A stretch of DNA of 64,000 bases, taken from Candidatus Latescibacterota bacterium (GTDB taxonomy: Bacteria; Latescibacterota; UBA2968; GCA-2709665). The stretch covers positions 224,001 through 288,000 of the forward strand of contig CAXXXF010000003.1 of NCBI GenBank assembly GCA_963667175.2. The letters run 5' to 3'. Each line of letters begins with the position of its first letter. Position 1 is the stretch's first letter. Below, in pieces: positions 40,364-48,567 of this stretch. The notes below the pieces were generated by a model that was not told the origin of the DNA, did not search any database, and was given only the letters and a program-made list of their open reading frames with translations. A program made the translations under genes and the position numbers.

Positions 40364-41479
40364 CTACGCGGCGTGAATCGTCTCGTGCGCGCGGCTGTAC
40401 CGCTCCAGGGCCGTCAAATCCAGTTCGCATCCCAGCCCGGGGTCCATGGGAACCGGCGCGAATCCTTCCGCAAAAGCGATCTGCTCCCGGATCAGGTTGC
40501 TTTCCCGGACCCAGCTTCCCACGACGTCCGACGCCATGGTGCAGTTGGGCGTCGCCGAAATCGCGTGCACGTACGACGCTTCCAGGATTCCCAGATCCAC
40601 GCCCGATCCGTGCCAGCAGCGCAGCCCGGCCGCCTGCGCCACGGCGGCGCTCTTTACGAAGCCCGTCATGCTCCCGCCCAGGTTCACGCAGTCCACCACG
40701 CCTGCCTTCACCGCCCGAATCACGTCCGGACCGCTCCCCAGGTGCATCGCAATCGGGACGTTGACGGCCTCGTAGATCGCAACGTAGCCCTCCAGGTCCG
40801 ACTTGGGTATCGGGTCTTCGAATACCTCGACGTTGCCCAGGGGCTCGAGTTGCCCGGCGAGCTCGATCGTCTGTTCGGCCGTGCGGAACCGCTCGTTGGG
40901 GTCGACGGTGACCTTGAATTCCGGGCCGGCGACGTCCCGGATCGCCCGCAGCCGTTCCACCATCGGTTCCTCGATCCTGCACTTGATCTTGATCCCCTTG
41001 AAGCCGTGTTCGAGCGCCCGCGCGACCGTCCGCTTTCCGTCCTCGGGCGTCTGGGACCCCATCCAGTAGTCCGCCCGCACCCGGTCGCGCACGGCCCCGC
41101 CGAGCAGGGCGTGCACGGGAAGTCCGCGCGCACGGCCGATCAGGTCGAATACCGCCGTCTCGAGGGCGTGATACGCCGGACCCGTTCCCGCTTCCAGCAT
41201 CGTCTCGGCGCCGTCGGCGCGGGACTCGTAGATATTCTGCAGCGTCACCGTTTCGGGGTCCCGACCCAGCACCAGGTCCGCGCCCGCGCGCACGTCCTCG
41301 ATGGGCACGCCCCGGCCGGTCTCTCCCAACCCGCAGGTTTCGGTGTCCGTATTGAGCCGGAGGATATGCTTGGGCACGACGTCCCACCCGACTTCGGGGA
41401 CCCATTCGGGGCTGTTCACGCGCCCCGGAAGACTCGGCACCACCACGGTCCACACGTCCATTGACGTCATCTTCATCAT
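40364..41479 (-). CDS. mandelate racemase/muconate lactonizing (enolase superfamily) enzyme
   Basis: GLGET, A.ETA..DL.GR..GLPV..LLGG, KIK, DPN and EDP motifs. Confidence 0.85.
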   Translation of the reverse strand: MMKMTSMDVWTVVVPSLPGRVNSPEWVPEVGWDVVPKHILRLNTDTETCGLGETGRGVPIEDVRAGADLVLGRDPETVTLQNIYESRADGAETMLEAGTGPAYHALETAVFDLIGRARGLPVHALLGGAVRDRVRADYWMGSQTPEDGKRTVARALEHGFKGIKIKCRIEEPMVERLRAIRDVAGPEFKVTVDPNERFRTAEQTIELAGQLEPLGNVEVFEDPIPKSDLEGYVAIYEAVNVPIAMHLGSGPDVIRAVKAGVVDCVNLGGSMTGFVKSAAVAQAAGLRCWHGSGVDLGILEASYVHAISATPNCTMASDVVGSWVRESNLIREQIAFAEGFAPVPMDPGLGCELDLTALERYSRAHETIHAA

Positions 41480-41571
41480 TCACTCCTCGATTTGGGGTGT
41501 TCGGAATATGAATGTATCCGTCATTCGTCCGCCCTTACTGTGATGCTGAGAAATCCGACGTGAGGGTGGGG

Positions 41572-41604
41572 CCTGCCTGCGCCAGGCGAAGCGCGGCAGG
41601 CAGG
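41572..41604. mobile_element. 33-bp CCTGCCTG...CAGGCAGG micro-element inserted in a hairpin
   Basis: Removing it restores the perfect stem gggcagacg-ttcc-cgtctgccc. Confidence 0.75.
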
Positions 41605-41687
41605 CAGACGTTCCCGTCTGCCCGCTTCGCACAAACTGCCGTCCTTCGCCAGCCCGAGAAAACCGTTTGCCATCCGCCGGCGCAAAC

Positions 41688-41716
41688 TGTATATTGATAG
41701 TAATACACTAATACAC
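41688..41716 (+). promoter_or_regulatory. putative YtrA/GntR operator
   Basis: AT-rich TGTA-N12-TACA (41688-41707) plus a taatacac direct repeat, just upstream of the GntR gene. Confidence 0.55.
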
Positions 41717-41731
41717 TTTGGAGAATCCGCA

Positions 41732-42118
41732 ATGCTGATATCAATCGACCACCACAGCGGCGTGCCGGTCTACCGGCAGTTGATGGACCAGATCAAGTTT
41801 CATATCGCCAGCGGTCTGCTGAGATCGGGTGAAAAACTGCCCGCCACGCGCGCCCTTTCCGCGGAACTTGGGGTCAACCCGATGACGGTCAGCAAAGCCT
41901 ACGGCTTTCTGGAAGCCGAGGGCGTCGTGGAACGGCGCCGCGGACGTCCTCTGACCGTGAGTTTCCTGAAACCTGAAAAGATCCACGTGCACAAACTGGA
42001 CCGGTTGAAGCAGAGCCTGGCGCCCATCGTGGCGATCGTCAGGCAGCTGGGAATCGAAAAGTCGCAGGCCCTGGACGCGTTCGGCGCAATGCTGGACGAC
42101 GCCGGGGACATGGGATGA
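41732..42118 (+). CDS. GntR family (YtrA-like) transcriptional regulator
   Basis: PVYRQL..QIK..IASG.L..GEKLP..R.L..ELGVNPMTVSKAY..LE.EG; short C-terminal domain. Confidence 0.92.
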   Translation: MLISIDHHSGVPVYRQLMDQIKFHIASGLLRSGEKLPATRALSAELGVNPMTVSKAYGFLEAEGVVERRRGRPLTVSFLKPEKIHVHKLDRLKQSLAPIVAIVRQLGIEKSQALDAFGAMLDDAGDMG

Positions 42119-43011
42119 ATCATAATATGCAAACGGCATTCGAAGTCAAGAACCTTACACGCCTGTTCGGAGACGTCACCGCGCTGGACAACGTGAGCGC
42201 GTCCGTGCCCAAACCCTCGGTTGTGGGCCTCATCGGCAGAAACGGAAGCGGCAAGACGACCCTGCTCCGGCACGTCATCGGTCTCTGCCTGCCCACGAGC
42301 GGGTCCTGCGTCACCCTGGGACGCCCGAGCGATCAGCTGGGCCCCGGCGAACTGTCGCGCATTGGCGTAGTCCACCAGGAGAACCGGTTCCTGGAATGGA
42401 TGAAGGTGGAACAGCAACTGCGCTACGTCGGCTCGTTCTATGAAACCTGGGACCGGGACCTGGAACGGCGAATGCTCGATGAACTGGAATTGGACCCCTC
42501 CGCCCGCGTCGGCGCGCTTTCGCCCGGCAAAGCGCAGAAACTGAGCATCATGCTGGCCGTCTGCCACCGCCCCGACCTGCTGATCCTGGATGAGCCCATC
42601 AGCTGGCTGGACCCGATCGCCCGTAAGCGGTTCCTGAAATTCCTCCTCGAACTCCTCCAGCAGGACGCGAATACGATCGTGATATCGTCTCACGTTTTGC
42701 ACGACGTGGAAAAGATCATCAACCGGGTGATCTGCCTGGACCGGGGCCGGATCCGGGCGGACGCGCCGCTCGACGATCTCCAGGAACGATTCGCCGAGTG
42801 GCGGGTCAACGTCAAGGCCGGCAGACTTCCCCCGCGCTTCGACGAGGACTTCGTGCGGTCCCAGCAGGGGGACAGCTACCAGGCCCGGCTCCTTGTGGAG
42901 GGCGCTTCGGACAGGCTGGAGGCGTTCAGAACCCGGCACGGCGTGGACGTGGTCAGCCGCCCGCTCAACCTGGAGAGGATGTTTCCGCTCCTCGTGCAGG
43001 AGGACGGATGA
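42115..43011 (+). CDS. ABC transporter ATP-binding protein (YtrB-like)
   Basis: GRNGSGKTT, LSPG, LLILDEP and SSH motifs; coupled to the GntR gene by ATGA. Confidence 0.92.
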   Translation: MNHNMQTAFEVKNLTRLFGDVTALDNVSASVPKPSVVGLIGRNGSGKTTLLRHVIGLCLPTSGSCVTLGRPSDQLGPGELSRIGVVHQENRFLEWMKVEQQLRYVGSFYETWDRDLERRMLDELELDPSARVGALSPGKAQKLSIMLAVCHRPDLLILDEPISWLDPIARKRFLKFLLELLQQDANTIVISSHVLHDVEKIINRVICLDRGRIRADAPLDDLQERFAEWRVNVKAGRLPPRFDEDFVRSQQGDSYQARLLVEGASDRLEAFRTRHGVDVVSRPLNLERMFPLLVQEDG

Positions 43012-44384
43012 TGGCGTTCGTCTCGATGTGCCGCCTGCTCGGGCGCCGGGCAAACCTGAGCCGCCTGGCGATGCTGGGATTCGTGGCGTCCTGGAGTCTG
43101 TTTGTCTACCAGGACCCGGAGTTGACGCTCGATCATCCGCGACCCGGGGGTTTGAACCTGTTCGTCCTGGCGACTTCGGCGCTGGCGGGTCACTTTTTCG
43201 CGGGACTCGGCGTGGTCGAACTCCAGCACGCGTCGTTTTCATGGACCCTGCCGAACCTGCGCCGACGTCTTCTTGCGTCGGTCCTCCTGCTGGGCGTCGT
43301 CACCGCCTTCCTGCTGGTTGGCGTGTACGTCCGGCTGGGCGGACCGGCCCCGTGGCTGCCGGTCTTCACGTCCGGGCTTCTCTGGTACAGCGTGGGAATC
43401 GTCATCGCCGCGGGCGACGTTCGGGGCGGTTCGGACCGGCCCTGGCGTCCGTACCTGGCCGCGACGCTCGCGATCGCCGCGCTCTTTGCCGCGGGCGTCT
43501 TTATCAATCGCATCGCCGAACTGTACGGCGTGCAACCGTTTCTCTTCGCCGCGTTGACCCTGGCCGGCGCGTCGCTGTGTCTGTTCCTGGTCTTCAACGT
43601 CGGCGCCGCCCGACAAAAATCGCTGGTTCCGACGCCCCTCGGGGGTCTGGGCGACCCAGGGTCCCTGGAGCGCGCGGCGGCGGCCCACAGGAGAACGCCG
43701 AAGCGGACCTGGCGGCTGAAGGGGCCGGTCAAGGGCCTGTTCGACTGGGTCCGCGCCGGTGAATATGAGAATTTCGCCTCGGTTCGCGGAGGATGGGCCG
43801 CGGGCGCCGTTCGGTTTTCAGCCGTTGCGGCGCTGATCGTGATTGCCCTGCCCTACGTGACGGAGGCGCCCGGCCTTTCCTACCTGAAGGGGCTGATGTC
43901 GATCGCGCCGTGCGTCCCCGCGTTCCTGGCGATGGGCTATTGCGCGAACAATTCGTTCTTCCTGCAGAAAGGCTGGCTCTATCCGCTTTCCCGCGCGCAG
44001 CTGGCGAGACTGGCGTACTGGAGCAGTCTCTCTTACAACGCGGCGATTTGCGGGATCATGTTGCTGACGTTCGCGTTGCTGGCGAGCGCGTCGGCGATTG
44101 AGGAACGGGTTGACTTCATCCGTCCGCTGGTCCTGATCTTCGTCTTCAACCCGTTCTTTCAGTGGCTGCGCCTGCGACACGGCCCGCTCTTTTTTCAGGT
44201 CCCCATCGCCGGTCTGCTCTATTTCGCCGGCGGGGTGGGCTGTGTGGGTCTGTTCCGGCTGGCCGAGAATACGGGCATGCCGTTGCCGTACGAAGCCGCC
44301 GCGGCCGCGGGCCTGGCGCTCCTGTCTCAGGGCCTGTTTCGCTACAAGATCGAGGCCTGTTTTCGAACCCGGGACCTCGTCTGA
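43008..44384 (+). CDS. ABC transporter permease-like membrane protein
   Basis: Multiple TM segments; ATGA overlap with the ATPase stop; GGAGG RBS. Confidence 0.7.
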   Translation: MMAFVSMCRLLGRRANLSRLAMLGFVASWSLFVYQDPELTLDHPRPGGLNLFVLATSALAGHFFAGLGVVELQHASFSWTLPNLRRRLLASVLLLGVVTAFLLVGVYVRLGGPAPWLPVFTSGLLWYSVGIVIAAGDVRGGSDRPWRPYLAATLAIAALFAAGVFINRIAELYGVQPFLFAALTLAGASLCLFLVFNVGAARQKSLVPTPLGGLGDPGSLERAAAAHRRTPKRTWRLKGPVKGLFDWVRAGEYENFASVRGGWAAGAVRFSAVAALIVIALPYVTEAPGLSYLKGLMSIAPCVPAFLAMGYCANNSFFLQKGWLYPLSRAQLARLAYWSSLSYNAAICGIMLLTFALLASASAIEERVDFIRPLVLIFVFNPFFQWLRLRHGPLFFQVPIAGLLYFAGGVGCVGLFRLAENTGMPLPYEAAAAAGLALLSQGLFRYKIEACFRTRDLV

Positions 44385-44414
44385 TCCGCGCGTCTGCGCC
44401 GGCAGGCGGGAATC

Positions 44415-44431
44415 TGTTGCAAAATGCGACA
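44415..44431. promoter_or_regulatory. palindromic operator-like motif TGTCGCA-N3-TGCGACA (six copies)
   Basis: One-mismatch copies at 44415, 45584, 47874, 48507, 60149 and 63537. Five lie 44-68 nt upstream of a start codon. Confidence 0.65.
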
Positions 44432-44494
44432 GTTGTGCGTTCGCCCGGATTGTCATCCATGTATCCAAACAGAAAGACGAAAGGAGGAACACCC

Positions 44495-45148
44495 ATGAAA
44501 CACCCGTTGAAATCCATCGTCCTGTGCGGCGTCGCCGCGGCGGTCATGCATTCCGGGCCCGCGCTGAGCCAGACCAAGCTCGGCGTCCGCGCCGGTCTGA
44601 GCCGGGCCACGGCGAGCGGCGTCAAGGTCGTGACGGGCGCGGCGAACGTGACGGCGCGCACCGGCCTTTCCCTCGGCGTTTCCGGGACGCTTCCGCTGCA
44701 GGACAGCTTCAGGCTCCGGGTCGACGGCGCGTACGTGCAGAAAGGGTACGGCGGCATGCTTGGTTGGGGGCGGCTCGAATTCAATCTCGGTTACATCGAG
44801 GTTGCGGGCATGGGCCTTATGGACTTCGCGCCGGACGGCGCGCCGGCCTCCTTCTACGCGCTCGCCGGCCCGTCGTTCGCGGTCAAAACCGGATGTGAAT
44901 ACACTCGGACCGGCGAGGAATCCGGCGAGTTGGAGGCCGGCGGTTCCTGCGGCGAAGACGTCAGGGGCATCGACCTGGGGATTACCGGAGGCGTTGGCGC
45001 GGAGATGCCGTTTTCGGACGACATGACGGTCTCGGCGGAACTGCGCTACACGCTGGGGTTCATGTCGATTCTCAAGGACAGCGACGAGGCCATCAAAAAC
45101 CGAAACCTCGTCCTTCAGATCGGCGTAGGCTTTCCCATTGGCGATTAG
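44495..45148 (+). CDS. outer-membrane beta-barrel (porin-family-like) protein
   Basis: AAGGAGG RBS; signal peptide ending ALSQ; alternating strands (LGVRAGLS, YVQKG, DLGITGGVG, ELRYTLG, LQIGVGF). Confidence 0.75.
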   Translation: MKHPLKSIVLCGVAAAVMHSGPALSQTKLGVRAGLSRATASGVKVVTGAANVTARTGLSLGVSGTLPLQDSFRLRVDGAYVQKGYGGMLGWGRLEFNLGYIEVAGMGLMDFAPDGAPASFYALAGPSFAVKTGCEYTRTGEESGELEAGGSCGEDVRGIDLGITGGVGAEMPFSDDMTVSAELRYTLGFMSILKDSDEAIKNRNLVLQIGVGFPIGD

Positions 45149-45151
45149 GAC

Positions 45152-45213
45152 GCGCCCGCCTGCAAAGGGACCCCTGCCTGCCCGCGCGGGGAGCGGCCCG
45201 GCAGGCGGGTTTT
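45152..45213 (+). terminator. probable rho-independent terminator
   Basis: cccgcctgc...gcaggcggg stem followed by TTTTT, just after the barrel gene. Confidence 0.5.
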
Positions 45214-45668
45214 TGATTTCTGACCCATCGGAGGATGCGCGTCCCCGGAATCGGCGACGGGCGCGACCGGGCCGGCGCTTTCTGCTCGCTCCGGAATTTC
45301 AGCGCCGCCCGGCGCCCCGCCGTCCGCGGGAAAGAGCATTCCCCAGCTTTCAGAAATCACATCCCCCGTCCCGATAAAGGCAGTGGTTAGTGATCAGTGG
45401 TTAGAAAAAGGCGGTGAGACGGCGAAAACATCGGGCGTATATCAATTCGCGGCTGCCTGATTCTATTGTAGGGGCGGCCGGCCGCCCTGCAGACGCAAGG
45501 CCGGTGGGGGGCGCTTATGGAACCGTCCATGCAGGTCAGGTTTTCCGAACGAGCGTAGCGTGACGCAGGATGAAGCGGACAACTATCGCAAAATGCGACA
45601 TTACAAAGACGGCGTTGGCGGCCGATCCGTCCACGGCGTCGGGGCCGCGTTTTCACAAGGAGGCAGCG

Positions 45669-46478
45669 ATGTTGACACGATTTCTGGTATCCGTATGCGC
45701 GGGACTCGTCTGGGCCGCCGCCGCATCGGCCGGCGAACTGACGAGCGGGTTGACCATCCGCGGAGGAAAGAACGCGCTTGCAGGCCTCAAGCTGGAGCGC
45801 GTGAACGACCCCGCCGAAGCCGACGGCACACTCACCATCCGCGTGTCGGTCGCGCGGGCGAAGGACCTGAAGGGGTACGGGTTGTCGCTCGAATACGACG
45901 CGGCGAAGTACGCGTTCGTGGAAGCCAGGGAGGCGGCCGGGAACCTGCTCGCGTCCGGCGCGGGCCGGCAGACGCTGTTTCTCTCGTCGGACCGGACGCC
46001 CGGCAGGGTGGACGTCAGCGCGTTGAAGGTGGACGGCCCGGGCGCCAGCGGCGAGGGCCGGCTGGCGGACCTTGTGTTCAGGACCGGCGGCACGCCCTCG
46101 GCGTCCGACTTCAGGGTCTCGGATGGCGTGCTGGTGGGGCTTGACGGCGCCCTCGACCTGCTGTCGCGCGTCGAGATCGGCAACCTGAAGCCACTGCCGG
46201 ACCGCTTCGGCCTGGACCAGAACGCGCCGAACCCGTTCAATCCCGCCACCGTGATCGGATATCAGCTCGCAGAGGCCGGCTCGGTCAGGCTGGCCGTGTA
46301 CAACCTGTTGGGACAGGAGGTGCGCGTGCTGGTGAACGAGACCATGGCGGCGGGATCCTTCACGGCCGCGTGGGACGGGACGGACGCGCTGGGCCGCGAC
46401 GTGGCCAGCGGCGTGTATCTGTATCGGATTCAGGCCGGGGACTTCTCCGCGTCGCGGCGCATGCTGCTGCTGAAATAG
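45669..46478 (+). CDS. secreted cohesin-like domain protein with C-terminal FlgD-Ig/T9SS-type sorting domain
   Basis: AAGGAGG RBS and signal peptide. LKGYGLSLEYDAAKYAFV...SGEGRLADLVFR is cohesin-like; LDQNAPNPFNPATVIGYQL..YNLLGQEVR..WDGTD..G..VASGVYLYRI..RRMLLLK is the sorting domain. Confidence 0.7.
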   Translation: MLTRFLVSVCAGLVWAAAASAGELTSGLTIRGGKNALAGLKLERVNDPAEADGTLTIRVSVARAKDLKGYGLSLEYDAAKYAFVEAREAAGNLLASGAGRQTLFLSSDRTPGRVDVSALKVDGPGASGEGRLADLVFRTGGTPSASDFRVSDGVLVGLDGALDLLSRVEIGNLKPLPDRFGLDQNAPNPFNPATVIGYQLAEAGSVRLAVYNLLGQEVRVLVNETMAAGSFTAAWDGTDALGRDVASGVYLYRIQAGDFSASRRMLLLK

Positions 46479-46635
46479 GGGCACCCTCACCCACCGGCCC
46501 CGTCTCCCAATGGAAGAAGGAAGAAGGAAGAAGGCCGCCCCGCGTCCACCGGAAAACGGCAGGGCCGGGCGATATCAATTCGCGGATGTAGAGTTTATCG
46601 AAGTGTTTTTCAATCGTATCAAGGAGGCGTGGGCT

Positions 46636-46785
46636 GTGTCCATCTTCAAACGAAATCCGGCGCTATCGGTGATCGGGCTTGCGGTGATCGCGTGCCTCGC
46701 CCTCGTCTGTTTCGCGCTCTGCGGACGATTCTGCGGGCGCGGGGCCCGGGGCGAATGTGAAAGTCGAGAGTCCCGGGAGCAATAG
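46636..46785 (+). CDS. small single-TM peptide (49 aa)
   Basis: AAGGAGG RBS 8 nt before GTG; hydrophobic stretch LSVIGLAVIACLALVCFAL. Confidence 0.35.
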   Translation: MSIFKRNPALSVIGLAVIACLALVCFALCGRFCGRGARGECESRESREQ

Positions 46786-46935
46786 CAGCGTCCAAACCAA
46801 ATCCGAACCACAAGGCGGCAATCCTTGGGGCCCGCCTGCTGCCGGCGGGTGAACCTGCGGAAAGGGGGATATCCCTCGGGAACAGAGTCGTGAAACCGTC
46901 GTCCATCGTTCATTCTGACGAAAGGAGCAACACGC

Positions 46936-47520
46936 ATGTATTCGACCAAGCAATTCACCGGCGTTGTCGCGGTTCTGCTGGCCATGGCCGCCACGCCGCT
47001 CTGGGGCCAGGAAATCGGATCGCGCGTTCGCGTGACAACGATGAACGGTCTGATGATCGGGACCGTTGAAAACAAGGGCTCGGATCAATTCAACCTCAAT
47101 CTGGAAGGCGGCATTTCCCGAACCGTCGCGTTCCGCGAAATTCAGGTGTTGGAGCTGAGCCTCGGAAAACGCAGCAATGCAAAGAAGGGATTCATGATCG
47201 GCGCCGGCGCCGGGGTGCTGGCTGGAGTATTGTACGGATTGGCGGTTTCCGACAATTGCAGCGATATCGCGGATGCCTTTGGGGGCAACGACCTCGGGTG
47301 CAAGGAAACCGGCGCGTCGACGATGGTGTTGGCCGCTGCGATATGGGGCGGGGTATTGGGTCTCGGTGGCGCGGGCATCGGCCACCGGCTGAAGTCCGAA
47401 TCATGGGAGGAGGTCAGGGTGCCGACGGCAAGTCGACGCTTTCAGGTCCGTCCCATGGTCGAACTGGCGTCTCTGAACGGAAACCGCCGCGCGCTGTTGG
47501 GCGCCCGCGTTCGCTTTTGA
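46936..47520 (+). CDS. secreted/membrane hypothetical protein
   Basis: AAGGAG RBS, signal peptide, two glycine-zipper-like hydrophobic helices, C-terminal strand ending in Phe. Confidence 0.7.
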   Translation: MYSTKQFTGVVAVLLAMAATPLWGQEIGSRVRVTTMNGLMIGTVENKGSDQFNLNLEGGISRTVAFREIQVLELSLGKRSNAKKGFMIGAGAGVLAGVLYGLAVSDNCSDIADAFGGNDLGCKETGASTMVLAAAIWGGVLGLGGAGIGHRLKSESWEEVRVPTASRRFQVRPMVELASLNGNRRALLGARVRF

Positions 47521-48567
47521 TGCGGCAGGCCAACGAAAACCAGCGTTCGGCGATCAGCCGTCAGCTTGAAGCAAAAGCGAACCAGCCATCCGCCCCGCTG
47601 ACCTCTCCCCCCGGCCCCGTAAAGGCAGTGGTCAGGAAAAGCAGTGGTTAGTGATCAGTGGTTAGAAAAAGGCGGTGAGACGGCGAAAACACCGGGCGTA
47701 TATCAATACGCGGATGCCAGATTTTATCGTAGGGCCGGCCGGCCGGTCGCCCCTACAATTGCAACGCCTGCGCTACGAAGGTCGGTAGCCGTCCGCCTTT
47801 GCCTTTCATCCCGTCCGACCTTGTAAGACCCGTTTTCTGGACGAATCGGGTTACGCAGGCTGAAGTCGACGACTGTCGCAGAATGCGTCACGTCGGTCCC
47901 CAACCTCCCAGGGTGGAAAGGCAGCGGTCAGCGAAAGGCGGTGAGACGGTAGACGTGAGAGGTAAGAGATTGCCCGCCTCGTGCGGTTTCATTTCTTGCC
48001 GGAGGCATATAGGAATAAACAATTCGGCAATGACGTCTTCTACCGTCTCCCGTCTCCCGTCTCCCGTCTTACGTCTCACCGCCGTCAGGCGACCTCTCCC
48101 CCCAACCTGCCTGCGCCTGCCTGTCCCGTTGGAGCGGCAGACAGGCCGAGTTCCGCTCGGCAGGCAGGCCCCCTCTCCCAGGGGGAAAAGCAGTGGTCAG
48201 TGGCCGGTGGTCAGTAAAGGCAGCGATCGGCGGTCAGCCGTCAGCTTGAAGCAAAACCAGGACACCTTGAGCGGATCACCGTTCCCCCCTTCTCGTGGGA
48301 AGGGGGAAAGGGGGTAGGTCTGGGAGGCGGTGAAAGGGAGAAAAAAACCAGGGTGTATATCAATTCGCGGCTGCCTGATTCTATTGTAGGGGCGACCGGC
48401 CGGTCGCCCCTACAGACGCAAGGCCGGTGGGGGGCGTTTTCGCAACCATCCATATAAATTCCGTTTTCTGAATGAGGGTAGCGTTACGCAGGCCGAAGCT
48501 GACAACTGTCGCAAAATGCAACATCTTTCTCGCACGCAAACAGCTCCGCATATAAGAGGATCTTGCC
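47521..48567. repeat. modular intergenic repeat block (heptamer tandems, REP hairpins, shared leader); relatives at 45360-45600, 51529-51774, 55237-55634, 59694-60212, 62928-63600
   Basis: Recurrent cagtggtcagtgg, cagccgtcagcttgaa, ccccctctccc..gggagagggg, gtaggggcg..cgcccctaca, cactccccccttggggggagtc and ccatataaattccgttttctgaa modules. Confidence 0.8.
48106..48168. mobile_element. nested 33+30-bp CCTG...CAGG micro-elements (second copy at 59898-59960)
   Basis: Inner 30 bp (48116-48145) within a 33-bp unit. Empty-site versions of the host hairpin (cccggccccctct) occur near 51621 and 55408. Confidence 0.75.

Noticed and set aside
38178-41483. 1101-aa ORF as one protein
   Set aside because: The first ~395 codons overlap the enolase-family gene in another frame and are low-complexity Arg/Gly text. 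A signal peptide begins at 40298.
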